Of a stretch of DNA of 64,000 nucleotides, positions 12,989 to 26,569 are shown piece by piece. The position numbers were made by a program, and so were the translations under genes. The notes under the pieces are model-generated. The model was given only the letters and a program-made list of their open reading frames with translations. It was not told the DNA's origin and searched no databases. Each line of letters begins with the position of its first letter. Positions within the stretch are counted from its first letter, which is position 1. This stretch comes from Oculina patagonica (taxonomy: Eukaryota), in assembly GCF_052425735.1 (NCBI RefSeq), contig NC_135761.1, forward strand, positions 14,756,001 through 14,820,000. Direction: 5' to 3'.

Positions 12989-15900
12989 ATGTACAGTAGA
13001 TTTGTGGCTTATAGGTAAGACGTTTTATCACTCATATTTTGGGTTAACATTTGTCATCAGAATCGAACACCTCTGGCTACTCGAGCTCTTGGCTGCCTCG
13101 ATTCCTATAGATGTTAAGTTGTTAACTTTTGTTTCCTAATTTTGGGTAAACATTTGCCATACGTGTTAATTAGGGAACAAAGTGAAGGAAATAAGGTCCA
13201 GGAATAGTTAACAATCTTAAAGAGGACTGAGGAGGACACAAAACATGTAAGAGGTATTTTATAGTCATAAGAAGATTATTAATATATAATGTACAGTACA
13301 TTATTTTATTTTATTTTAACTTAATCAAGAAATTAAAGAGAAACAGAAACGCATGCATACAAATGAAATACCAACAAAGTTAATTTCAAGGATTTCTTTT
13401 CGGATTCACTTCCATCAATGACGTTTAAAACATTACGTTCGTATTTGAACTGAGAAAAAAGTTAGCTAAATATAAAACACTACATCACAAAGCTTTTATC
13501 AGTTATCTGTCTTTTTTTTTCTAATAAAAGAGACTGCTGAACAAGATCGAGAGCCCTGAAAGACTGGGGCTGAGATTGTTCATTAAATTTGGACAGCAGC
13601 GTGACTAGTTTTATCTTCAAATTACAGATAGTAATAAGATCTAATCTCTTCACCAAAGTTGGGGAAAATCGCCAATTGCCACAAAACATGCAAACTGTAC
13701 CCAGTCCATTGCGCCAACCGCACCTAGACGCCAGAGGAACTTCACAGTGGTCCATAAACGTGACGAATCAGAAGGGTGCAGCTCCTGTCTGTCCATTTTG
13801 GACAACATAACGTGTTAAAACTAGGTCTTAAAGTTTGCGAAGATTCGGGATTTACGTGATAATGTAACAGTTTTAGTGATAATTTTACACTCCATATACC
13901 AATCCTTCCAGAATTTTTCAAGAAACAAAACTATTTTCAAAAGGTGCAAAAACTTTAAATTTCCCAAATTAAGTAATTAAGAGCCGTTTTACTTCTTGAT
14001 AGGTTTTTCACAATGGTTATGCTATTGGTGTTTCTCGAAGCATCCTCCCTCTTTGATCGTAAGTAGACCTCTATTTAGTGATCTTCCGTGTGCTGAAATT
14101 TGTTTTATTACATAAACATCAGTGAAATACCAGGAAATCTTTCGCACGAAAAAATCATATCTTCACACGTGAAAATAACATGTTATTTTCACATGTGAAG
14201 ATATCGATTTCGAAACATTTTCTGACAAGTTTGCCCTGTTTCAATGCTGAATGAGCCAAAGTAAATCGATATTAAGTCGAAACATCTTCGGATCTTCCTC
14301 GGCAATCTTCGGCAATCTTCGGATATCTTTGGAAATTTTCGGAAAAGTTCGGAAAATGTTCGGAAACATTCGTACGACCTTCGGACAACATTCTGCAAAT
14401 CTTTGGAAAATGGTCGGCAATCTTCGGAAAATCGTCAAAAACATCGTAATTAGTAGGTTTAGGTTCAAATCGATATCCCACTCGTTCGCTGCGCTCACTC
14501 GTGAGATATCGATTTGAACACTCGAAGATAAATTTTATATCTCCGCGCAACCATGTAATATCCTCTATGTATGTTGCTTGTTGGTCTCGTGGTAAACACG
14601 AAAAATTTTAATGCAGTGCTGTGGCCGGCAAAGAGTGCCATGCTGTTTGCTTGGATGCAATTTTCTTTTGTCTTTTGTCTGTTTTTGTTTGTTTGTTGTT
14701 TATCAAATAGCTGACAGTTCCAAATTGTACGCACGATTACAGGCAACGGCGATACGTTATGACATGAATCCTCATTAAAGAACTTCTATTAGCCATTGCC
14801 TTTGAATACGTCGTCTACTCTGTTTTATATATTTTTATAATAGTTAAAGTGCAAGGGAAAGTTTTAAAACCCGGAAAGTACAACATTAGTGGTTCCATAG
14901 ACGTTTTGCCAAGTGGAAAAGTGAATCTCAGCCTGACAGCTAAAATGATAGGTGCTAGACAAAGCGTCCAACCTGCAGGACTCACCCCAACAACAAGCGC
15001 CAGTGCTGTCACAACGTCAAAACAATCTGAAAGAGCTGCACCTCCAAAGGCGGGACTCACCACAAGCCCAACCGAGGCAAATAGAAATGCAGGTATAATA
15101 GGCCGTGAGAGTAGTGGGAGGAGGTTTGATTGAATGGAAGAGTTGATTCGGGCTGCCTCCCCCCCCCCCCCCCCCCCCCTCTCCCTCCCATATCTGTTGT
15201 TATCGATACGCAGGGATCGGAATACTCCCCAAAAAGAAAACCTTGATTATTATGTCCTTTAAATTAACGACAGGCATAGCATTCAGTGTGGCCTTATAGC
15301 TAGCGCGGTATAGTATTTTGTAGTGATTTCGTCTAGAACTGTTTATCAACATTTCTTCTCTCCTAAGGAAATATGCCGGTTTTAGTCTAGCTGCATAACC
15401 AATTGCACCTGGTATTTCTTACATTACCTTATAATTACCAATTACCTCAGTCACTTTGCTTCACCTCATTCTTACTTAACTTAGTTCACCTTACCCAACG
15501 TCACATCTCCACGCCTTACCTCACATCACCTGACCTTACCGTAGTCCACCTCGCCTCACCTTGCCTCACCTCACCTCGCCGCACCACACCATACCACACC
15601 AAACCTCTCCGCACCTCACCTCACCCTCACGTCACGTCACGTCACCACACCACACCTCGCCTTACCTCACCTCACCTCACCTCACCTCTCCTCACCTCAC
15701 CTCACCTCACCTTACCTAACCTCACCTCACCTAACCTCACCTCACCTCACCTCACCTCACCTCACCTCACCTCACCTCACCTCACCTCACCTCACCTCAC
15801 CTCACCTCACCTCACCTCACCTCACCTCACCGTACCGTAGCCAACCTCCGCTCTCCTCTCCTTTCTTTATTTGTTACCATACTTGTCTGTTTTCATTCCT

Positions 15901-17008
15901 CTAGCCGTAGGTTCCAATGAGAGGCAGATTGGACTCGACACTCATAATCAATACCGACAAAACCACAACGTTCCTTTTATGCAGCTATCTCAGGAACTTA
16001 ACGGAGATGCCCAGCGATATGCCCACAGACTTGCTCGTGAAAGTTTATTTGAGCATGACCCAAATAACAAAGACCAGGGTGAGAACATTGGAATAGAGTG
16101 TGCCAAGGGCAGTGATGCAGATTTAGTAAAGAAAGTCGTCGATTCTTGGTAAGTACAACCTGCCTGCTGTTCAAAGACTGTGCTGCATGTGTAACTACTG
16201 AATGGTCTGCAATTTAGCTAATTTACACTATGTAAAGGTCTTCTTAAAACACCCACATTATTATGGACAAATGTTTAACATTCTAATATTTTTCCATCAA
16301 CAAAAATATAAGATTAAGTCAGAAAAACATAAAGGTTTAATTTTATTCTTCTTATGCTTGTGATCTCAACAAACTTTCAAGTAACATACGTTTCAGACGG
16401 AGAATTCCTTTAATACGGATTTTTTTGTTGCCCCATTCAGTGTCCGTATAGACGGTGTGCATGTGTTTATTTATTACCCATGACTTAATCTGAGACTTTA
16501 AAGAACAAAATAGATTTCAAATTGATTTGGCTATCCTCTCTGTTTTTAATTTGAGAAAATGATCGGCAGTTGGTATCAGTCTTGTTAACAAGCGCTAGCT
16601 TCGAGCAAGATGTACGAGATTTAAACCTGAATGCTCTGTTGTTACTGTTGTTGCAGGTATTTTGAGGTTTGCGACTACAACTTCAACAGTGGGACTTTTT
16701 CTGGTGGCACGGGTCACTTTACTCAAGTTGTGTGGAAGGGAAGCACACAGCTTGGTATAGGCTTCGCCAGAGGATCGTACAGCTTTGACGGGAAAAAACG
16801 GTTTGACAACTGCCTGTTTGTTGTTGGTAGATACAAGGAACCAGGAAACATGATGAACGCTTTTAAGCAGAATGTGTTCAAGGGAAGCTTCAAAAAGGAA
16901 GCCTCATGCCCTCCACAGGGGAGTAAGAAAAGTAATATTTTCAGTGGGAAGAAAAATGCGAAAAACCTCTATGGAACTGGTTTTGTGAAGAGAATGCATG
17001 TATTCTAA
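12989..17008 (+). CDS. CAP-3: secreted CAP/SCP protein, about 306 aa; exons 12989-13014, 14003-14058, 14844-15092, 15911-16148, 16657-17008
   Basis: Spliced N-terminus MYSRFVAYRFFTMVMLLVFLEASSLFDLKVQG. CAP motifs: THNQYRQNH, AQRYA, FEHD, GENIGIEC, W|YFEVCDYNF, GHFTQVVW, CLFVVGRY. 921 nt in frame. The start could instead be the ATG at 14013. Confidence 0.88.
14080..14570. mobile_element. Interspersed repeat with internal (CTTCGGA/TTCGGAAA)-like array in CAP-3 intron 2
   Basis: Degenerate ttcggaaa/cttcggca units at 14285-14430; absent from the equivalent CAP-4 intron. Confidence 0.55.
15500..15835. repeat. (CACCT)n microsatellite in the intron before the CAP-3 CAP exon
   Basis: Perfect ctcac runs at 15720-15830; these produce the spurious TSPHL ORF. 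Confidence 0.95.
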
Positions 17009-19448
17009 TTAAAGAGACTCAGGTCAAGGAAACTTAAGCCTTGTTAAAGGAAATTAAAGATACAAATGTTGCCTTGCCTTGTCTTATTTTATCTAACGTA
17101 AGAGATGCACAAGTTATTAGTCAGTAAAACAATAACTGAGAGAATTTTTGCGTGCTTATTTTTTATTTTTTTATTTGTCGGAACCTATGATCGATGAGAG
17201 TAAAGACCATGAACTTGAGAAATTGTCGCGTCTTTCCCCCCCCCCCTCCCAAAAAAAAAAAAAAAAACAGGATACGGCGAGTTGTTAAAAGTCAGCTAGA
17301 TACAGTTTCCCACATATTCGTCCGCTTGAAGTGGAAAAATGCGTCCTTGTGATGCTCATGAGCTGTCATACGCGCGCGCGCGTGATTTTGCGATGATGTT
17401 TCATCTAGTTCCCAGTTAAATAAAATGTTGATCAAGTCGCTTGTGTCACCTGTCACTGAGCAACGTAGCTACAGAGACCTATGATGACTTAGTCTCCAAG
17501 CAGGTAAAGGTGTCCCAATAATTTACTAGCATACTGGCTTAGTCAAACAGCAGGCAGTTTGAGAGTCATTATTGCATACGAGAAGCTAAGAAACTCGATT
17601 ACTTTAATTTGTTATCGAGTTCCCCATTGTAGTGAGCTTACGGGTACAATGGCAACATTGAAGTCATTTGTTGTGATCTTTGGAGGAGGCAGTTGTCAGA
17701 GATGGTGTCCAGTTTTCTTTTGTATTTCCTTGGGTTTGACTTATTTACTTATATATTTATTTACATATACAGTTTTCGAAAATTCAGATTGACAAGAGAT
17801 AAATAAGGATAAAATTTAATTTTGTTTACTTCAAATGTATCAGCCAGATCTCACCTAAAACGTCTTTGAAAAGAAAATTATATACCAGTATTCACGGTGT
17901 TGGGCGTGGAAAACTGACAAACATCTGACCGGAAATAAATCGATCTTATGGTACAAGTAAAATGTTTTGGTTTAAAATGAATTTTTACCTCTTTTTGATG
18001 TGTGTTTCGGGCTAAAATTTCTAATCTAAATTACTATTGATTTTATAGTAACAATACAGGTCTTTATTTTCTTTTGATGCTAACAAATTTTGTTTCCTAC
18101 TCTACATCAACGATCAAGCTATCATGACTTATTTGGTAAAAATATTTATTTCTGAGTATGTTTGCGAGACCTCAGAGCGATAAAAGGTATTGGAAAAAAA
18201 GGAAACAATTTAGTTTTAATTTTTTGGGAAATATTTTTAGGTTTTAACCTAAAATTTTATGCCTTTGTCAAGGAGGTAATAAAATTGTATTCATGGTGCA
18301 GGGCGTGGAAACCTGACAAAAATCTGGTCAAGCATAAGGTGATCTTTTCTCAGGAGAGTACTTTACAGTCAGTTTCAGTTGAAACACTTTATAATTAGTA
18401 AGTTCTTGATATCAGGTGAGTGAAATGTTTTGATTTGAAGGCTTCGGAATTGTTTTTTATCTGAATTGTGTACTGTGATAGTTACACATCTTAATTTCTT
18501 ATTGTTTTTATTTAGTTTTGTCTTCTTATATTCTGTCAATGAAGCTATCGTTTATTTAGGAGACAAAGCCAAACCAAGGAAGCTATCCTGGTCCACGATA
18601 AGTTTGACTAAAGAGGGCACAAAATTACAATGTAAGGACTTATTTTGTAATTACGAGTAGGTTGTGAATAATTTTCTCGAACACTTACAAATCTTAAATC
18701 AATAGAGCTTGTACAGCTAATTCAGTTGATAGTTCCAAAGGGTTTCTTTCAAATCTTATATTTTCAACTTTTACTTAAGGGCTAGAAAGGGGTTAACGTT
18801 TTATTTACTTAGTAGGCTACTGGAAGAAAACCATTCAATTCAAATAGGTGCTGTTGATCACTTAAGGGCAATGATATCGTTTTTACTCTAAGGCCTTTAA
18901 GAACTCTCTAAAATTCTACGCATTTTTACTTTCATTTAAAGTTACATCCTTGTTCCATTACCTTTTTTGCACGAAATCAAACAAAGAACTTACGAAAAAT
19001 TGTCCACTTCAAAATGAAAGCTTATGATTGCAAATGCAATATAGTATACTTCCCGAATATTATCGAGGATCATCTCAAACACTTCTATTGACTATTGTTA
19101 TTAACATATATTTCTTTTGTGAAGGTAAGAAGTTTTTATGGAAACGCGCGATACCCCGGGATGATACTTATCCTTAATTGTACTGGTCCCAATAAGAATA
19201 AGTACAACAATATACTTTCTATTTCTTTTTAAATTTTCCAACAAGATTAAGAATAAACCAATATTGTCTTTTATTTCTCGTATTAATTATTGACAGCTGG
19301 ATCTCGCGCAAATGAACAGATTTTCAGATAAGAATCATCTGCTCTTCCATAGTGTAGTGTTATTATTTTGTCACCTTTTGATGTTTTAAACAGCCCGCGT
19401 GAACTTGATTGAAAACTTTTAACTCATTATAGGTTTTTCACAAAAGTT

Positions 19449-22400
19449 ATGCTATTTCTGTTCCTGGAGGCATCATTGTCCTACGATGGTAAGTCAACCA
19501 TCTTCTTTAAAGAAAAAAAAAAAAAAAATCCCATCATGAAGCTAGGGTCCTGATTACAATGCAGCTACTCGAACCGGGCCAGTTGGCCACTGGTCTGTTT
19601 ACGAAAATGTTACCCATCCATTCAGTTCTCATTACAGTTAACGTATTGATTGGTCAACTTTCTGATTGATTAATTACTGTGCGGAAGTTCCGAAACAGTA
19701 ATTAATCAATCAGCATAACTAGTCTGTAGTGTGGAATAATGGGAACATATAAATTAGCCGTTTTAGTTAGTTTGTATTGGTAATCAAGTGATGACGAGTG
19801 AAATTAGGAAATAATTTCACGCGCGTTTTCTCAAAGGCTCGGGAAATTATTAGCATTTTGACAAAATGCAAGTGAAATTATTTCCTTATGTCACGAGTAT
19901 ACCATTTGATTACATTTTAATATCATAGGTGACAAATTGCGCTTGCAATCGTAGGTTTTTGACTGGTATATTGCATCGCAACTGGAAACTTCGAGCTTTG
20001 CCGGAAAAAGTTGAAAGCATACATCTTGCTCAAGTTCGTAAGTTTTTTAGTCTTTGAAGAAAACCTTTTAGAAATTCCTTTTTGCCGTTGACAAAAAGTT
20101 TCAAAGATGAATCAACTGTCAATTATTTTTCACATTATGACCGTAGTTCGTCTTGAATGAACTGAAAACGGTGCCTGTGTAAAACGCTTAAAAATCCGCT
20201 CAATGCCTTTTTTGTAATTGGCTTAAGTCTAGAAGTCGTTTTGACGTTTTGAAATATAAAATATCATCAAAAGTTTTATTATATGGCCAAGGCTAGCTGG
20301 CTGAGATGAAATTCAAGCGAAAATGTACAAAGTTTTTAAAGCTTTAAAACATCTTTTATTACAAACGCCATCTTGCCGCTAACTACGTTGCCATGGCAAT
20401 TTTATAATTTCACATGTGAAATTATAAATTAACGTTAAAATTTCGCGCCAAAATTAAGGAGTAATTTGTCACCTATGATTTTATGAACGTTAACATGAGA
20501 AGTCCCCAAAGTAAAATATTTTTAAGCGTCTTTGTTATGAAGAACCTTGATCTAAGCATCGTCTAACTTTTATAAGCCATTCCTACAACTATGAGTAACA
20601 AGAGTAACAACTATGTGGTACTCTATTGCAGTATGGACATACTTTTAATCAGATTCGTTGCCAGGTTCTTAGAGTATTTAAAGTTGGAAATGTCTGGGTT
20701 AATGAACCTCGATTTCCACGCTAGCTGGGGATGGGGATAATTATATGCTTGTGATATAAGTATGCTGTATAACTGCTCTCTGGCATGATCAAATTAACAA
20801 GAGTCTCTAATTGACTATTTTGTCAATAAGAGGATAATGAATAAATTCGAATGCTTCTAAAGTACACCACATTCATAATTTTGCTTTCTTAGATATTGCT
20901 AACTCGAATCGATTGCTTCTGTTTTGTTATTTTTTTGTTGTTTCCGCATATTTTTTTGGGCGCTTTTTTTGTTACTGCCGCGGCAATGTTCAGGTATCAT
21001 AGCTTAGTTAACGTCAATTTGAAATGGGAGTCTCCATGCACGAATCGTTAATTTCATTTTGTGTCATTGTTTTTATTTCATCCAGTCAAAGCGCAGGGCA
21101 ACCCCTTCAATCCAGGAAAATATCGATTAGCTGGCTCCTTAAATGTGTTACCCAACGGTAACGTGAATCTTCGCCTGAATGCTAAGAAGCAGGGTGCTGG
21201 ACCGAGCCTCCAGCCTCCCAGCGTTACGGTACCAACACCAAGCACAACTGGTTTTACAACTGGAACTCCAAGCGGAGGACCAATCAGCACGAGTACATTT
21301 CCAACGACAGGGTTCAGTACACCAACTGGCACACCAACTGGCACACCAACTGGCACAACAACTGGATACGGAGGCAGGATGGCCGGTATTTGTGTGACAA
21401 GTCAACAGTGGGCAGGGGAGGGCAACTAAGGTGTTTCACAAAAAAAAACTAAGGTTTTTCACAATAATTTAGATCTTCCAGTTTTTACCCACCACCACAC
21501 CTCACCACATCTTATTACACCACACCCCACCACACTACACCTGGCACCACAACACACCACTTTACCAAAACCAAACCACGCCACACCGCACACCACCTCA
21601 CCACACCACACCACGCCTCACCACATCTCATTATACCACACCTTACCTTACTCTTACCTCACCTCACTTTTTTCTGGTGTTTCACAATAATTTAGACCTC
21701 CTCATCTTTACACCACAACTCTCCACACCACACCCCATCTCTTATCTTTTCACTCAGTACAGCTCTCCACACCCCTTCCACCCACCCCTCCACACCACTA
21801 CACCACACCACACCATACCTCACCTCACTCTTACCTCACTTTTTTAGACCTCCTCGTCTTTATACCTCAACTGACCACACCACACCACACCACAAGTCAT
21901 CTCATTACACTACACTACACCTCACAACACCACACCACATCACACCACACCGCATCACGCTACACCCACTACAACAGACCACACCACACCACACCACAAG
22001 TCATCTCATTACACTGCACTACACCTCACAACACCACACCACATCACACCACACCGCATCACGCTACACCCACTACACCAGACCACACCACACCACACCA
22101 CACCACACCACACCACACCACACCACACCAGACTACACCACACCACACCACACAACACCACACCACACCACACCACACCACACCACACCACAGTAGACTA
22201 CACTAGACTACATAGTACCACCGTATCACACCTCACCATATTACTTCACTACAATTTTTTCTGTTACTAAAATTTTTGTTCGTTATTATGCCAACGAAAT
22301 GTTTTTGACTTGTAGGTTCCAATCCAAGACAAGTTGGCCTCGACTCGCACAATCAATACCGAAGAGTCCACAGCGCTCCTGGTATGCAGTTATCCTCACA

Positions 22401-23653
22401 ACTTAACAATGACGCCCAGCGGTATGCAACCAAACTTGCTCGTGAGAGTCTGTTTAAACATGACCCAAATAGAAGAGGCCAAGGCGAGAACCTGGGCCTA
22501 CAATGCGCTCGGGGTAGTGATGCTGATTTAGTAAAGAAAGTCGTGGACGCATGGTAAGTAGACATTTAAAAAGTAGAAAACATTTTCCGTGTTTCTATCG
22601 AGTTATAGAAACAGGAGTGGAAGTTTGGGAGAATGATAAATGCTGTGGGAACACAAGCCGATAGGCGAGTGTCTCCACAACTTTTTAGAGTTCTCCCAAA
22701 GTCGTTCTTTTGCATTGCCTATTCCAGCTCGCATGGGTATGTCGTGACTTATGATTGCCGTGACTACGACAACTGTCTGTATCTCCCTCGAGATATATAG
22801 AAACACGATTTTTAGTTATTATTTACCGCCGACCGGTTAGCTCAGTTGGTAGAGCGCCGGCTCCGTGCGGGAGGTCTCGGGCGGTCCCGCCGGCCCCTTC
22901 TTTTAAATTATGGAGATTTTTAAAATTTTTTTTTTTTTTTACCCCTCTTTTTTTGGGGGGAAAATTTTTTTTTTTTAAATTCTCCTTTTAACCAATCAGC
23001 CCACGTATTTTCCTTTAGCTATTTTCTAAATGATAATATTAGTCAAGTGTTAACAAACAGTGTAAGGCATATCTCTATTTGAGAGATGGCAGAAGTTATG
23101 GCACTTGTGAGTTTGCCTTTTCGCGCCTAGTCGTGCACATAAAACCTCCGCATTCGCCCGGCGTCTGCTTGTTTTTAATATATAGAGGTAACCGCTAAAT
23201 AAGATGATGTGCTACAATATTTGTAACTGTGACATCTGAACGCGTAACGTGGCAGCACTTAATACATGCAAATTCAATTGTACTCGTTTCAACTGTTATT
23301 GCAGGTATTACGAGGTTTGTCAGTACAACTTCAATAATGGAGGTTTTTCTGGTGTCACCGGTCACTTCACGCAAGTTGTGTGGAAGGGAAGCACACAGCT
23401 TGGCATAGGTTACGCCAGAGGATCTTACAACTTTAATGGCAAAAAGTTTGACAACTGCCTGTTTGTGGTTGGCCGATACAAGGAAGCTGGAAACATGCAG
23501 GGGGATTTTCAGCGTAATGTTTTGAAGGGGAGTTTCAATAAGCAAGCCTCGTGTCCTCCCCCTGGGAACTATGGCAAAAGAAATGAGCTTTCTGCGAAGT
23601 CAGATGCAGTTAAAAGAGAATTACCAAAAACCTGGAACTTGTTTTGTAATTAA
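19449..23653 (+). CDS. CAP-4: secreted CAP/SCP protein, about 308 aa; exons 19449-19488, 21086-21385, 22316-22553, 23305-23653
   Basis: N-terminus MLFLFLEASLSYD|VKAQG is paralogous to CAP-3 exon 2. CAP motifs: SHNQYRRVH, AQRYA, FKHD, GENLGLQC, W|YYEVCQYNF, GHFTQVVW, CLFVVGRY. 927 nt in frame; the true start could lie in an upstream exon. Confidence 0.88.
21490..22235. repeat. (CACCA)n microsatellite in the intron before the CAP-4 CAP exon
   Basis: Long caccacacca arrays, in the same intron as the CAP-3 (CACCT)n. Confidence 0.95.
22825..22885 (+). mobile_element. Truncated head of tRNA-derived SINE (family B)
   Basis: ggttagctcagttggtagagcgccgg matches the element starting at 29157. Confidence 0.6.
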
Positions 23654-23789
23654 GCGATGATGTTACATTGTTTTATTTCTATTATGAAATTTGACATGAA
23701 TGAAGACGGGATAAATAAAACACGATGTTGTCGTCAGGCGTCCGAGCTTTATTTCACTTGAACAGAGATTTGTTTTTGAAAACATGTAC

Positions 23790-24025
23790 AGTCGTTAGTT
23801 TCTTATCCTCGTCTCGATAGAATTAAGCAGCAAGGAGTATTTGTACGCCCCCCTTGATGGGAATCTCGTCCATCGCAGGGTATCCCACAGCATTGATTAT
23901 TTCGCCGATACCCGTTTATACACCTGGGTGGAGAGAGGCACTTTGAGAGTAAAGTGTTTTTCAAAGTCTTGAACTGGAACGACCGTTAGGAGTCCGGCGA
24001 GCTAACCATTACAGGCCACCCCTTC
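23790..24025 (-). mobile_element. Degraded family A SINE
   Basis: Reverse-complement similarity to 11528-11822; occupies the same position as the copy at 33930-34218. Confidence 0.65.
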
Positions 24026-25242
24026 TCCAATATGCAAATACGATTAATTACTCAGACTAGTAGTAAATTTTTACTGAAATTTTAACGCAGACACAGAAAT
24101 TAGATCAAATTAGGCAAGTGCAGAAGATGGTTCTGGCTTATTACTGCGGTCCTCCGCCTTAACCTTTTATTTTTAAAAATTATACTTTCGAATGCTTCAA
24201 CATACATCTTCAGAAGTGACCATTAAATACATTGGAAATAAATTAAAATGTTNNNNNNNNNNNNNNNNNNNNNNNNNNNNNNNNNNNNNNNNNNNNNNNN
24301 NNNNNNNNNNNNNNNNNNNNNNNNNNNNNNNNNNNNNNNNNNNNNNNNNNNNNNNNNNNNNNNNNNNNNNNNNNNNNNNNNNNNNNNNNNNNNNNNNNNN
24401 NNNNNNNNNNNNNNNNNNNNNNNNNNNNNNNNNNNNNNNNNNNNNNNNNNNNNNNNNNNNNNNNNNNNNNNNNNNNNNNNNNTCCTGATTAGATACTAGT
24501 CTTTCATGTGACATTTAAATTTATTTGTAGTATAGCGAACAGTCACTTCTGAAGATAAAGGTTGGAGCATTTGATGTTTTGTTATGTTTGTCACCGCACA
24601 ATGTCATTTATTCCTACTAAGACTGAAATAGCCCACGAATAAGAGTGCTTCCGATTAAATCTTTAAGGTTGTTTTTTGACAGTCGCTATCTCGGCATTAA
24701 CTGGGGTGAAGTGGTAAGCTTTCGTTGAGAGTGTTTACAATTCCTTTTCCTACAGCTTCCTTTTCCTACAGCAGATCCCCTAAGATAGGAAACCTAGGTA
24801 TGGGAAGTCATCCTTTCAAAATAAATGAATTTTGACTGAAATAAATGATGATGGGAATAACACTGTCATCTATAGTGATTGGAGCGTTATGGAAACCACA
24901 CCCTCACTTCCCCGTCGATTGTGGTGATCGCCAGGACGGCATTTGCAATGATCGCCTAGTTATTCATTGATATTCTTCGGAGATGGTTGCAATCATTTGA
25001 AAACAACTCTTCAGGAACATTACGATACCTGTTATCAATAAAAGGACACAATGCGTTGAGACTTTCAGATTCTATCGAACATGACGACTGTTTTTCTCGG
25101 TCATAGCTATCGGTAGCGATAAGATGGCTGCAGGGCAAAAGGCCGAATGCGACGAAGTTGAATCTCCGTCATGTTTCTTTAACTTTGTCCTATTCTCTTT
25201 GGAACTGGGATGATAAAAGTATTGACGAGGATGTGCAAATAA

Positions 25243-25345
25243 CAGTCTCCTTCGCCGTCGTTGTTAGGCTTGTCACTCAACGTTCTTTCCCCAAATTTTG
25301 GAGAGCGCTTCGTGACGACCCAAGTAACGGCTGCGAAGGAGACTA
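25243..25345. mobile_element. Small MITE
   Basis: Imperfect TIRs agtctccttcgccgtcgtt ... aacggctgcgaaggagact. Confidence 0.55.
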
Positions 25346-26569
25346 ATAAATAACTAAATAATATTTCGTAAAATAATAGACGGCAGCAGATGATAGATTG
25401 AACTGAAAACGTCTCAATCGTTTAATTAAACAAACACGTTTTTTTTTAGTCAATCACATTTAACTGCCAATCCTTAACTTAATTAAACCGGGCCTGCAGT
25501 TATATCATTCCCAGGCTACCACGGCCCGAGATAGCGGTAAATTCATTCTTGCAGAAGAAAACTGTTCGCTTCTCGGATCAGATAATGTCCGCGGACAAAT
25601 ATCAGTGCATATTTTCGCGCCATGGAACTATTGTTTATCTAGTAAATGCTTACCTCTAGTTAGTGATTTTCAGCTTTTGATTGGTTCCCTCCGCAGAATC
25701 TGAGCCATTTCCAAAGTTGACCAAATAGGGAGAAATGACGAAGAATTCCCTGACGGGATTTTGTGGCGCGACAAAAAAAAAAAAGATCGAGGAAGACGCC
25801 CCAAGAAGTAGAAAATCTAGAAAAAGTGACACCGCGCACACTTGAAAGTCACAAAGTTGGGTAGAAAAATCGCGCGCGGTTTTCATTTTGGATGCTCAAA
25901 TAAAAACACGGTATAATCAAACAACATTCACGACTTTCGTATTTTCAATTAAAATCTTAGTGTTTGCCATGTTTCAGAGTGGCTTGCCAGTCCTGGTGGC
26001 CAAAATTTTTCTAAACTAGTCGAAGAAATGTCGAAAGAACTGAAGAACTGTCTTGCGATTGTTCGACAAGACTTCTTCAATGATATCCATTCGTGCCGCC
26101 ATTAACCAGTTTCACCGCCACACTGCACACTGCAGTTCTTAATATAATAATTGGTCACGCCGCTGTTACAGGTGAGAACAAGTGAATCTGTTCCCTAGGG
26201 AGCAAGACCGGTTTTGGTCAAGCACAATCTGTTAGGATTAACCGATTTCATCAGTCGAGTTCCAACAACAGTAAAACAAGGCAAAAAAATATTTCCTTGT
26301 CCTCAGTATTATTTCCCCAGTTGTAATGTTCGAATCCAATTTGGCATTATGATGGCGATTATGGCTTACTTTGAAGAAACCTTTGACATTCTTCTCGACC
26401 TCGCCGCCTGCATGATTCAGATTCACATTCGCGCGGCTCTCTTTTGATTTGCATAACGGTCATGTGACACTTACTTTTATGTAAGAATTTTTCTTAAAGC
26501 GGAAATAATTTTTTTTCCTTGCATCTTCCGGTTATAGTTCATATGAGTGTTTGAAAATTTACTAAAATA

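Noticed and set aside
15403-15840. ORF with TSPHL repeats (also the VVWCG ORF at 22009-22191 and the poly-Ile ORF at 34521-34739)
   Set aside because: These are translations of microsatellites in introns or intergenic DNA.
24930-26500. Coding or transposase remnant between CAP-4 and the duplicated block
   Set aside because: Only short ORFs without motifs; left unannotated.
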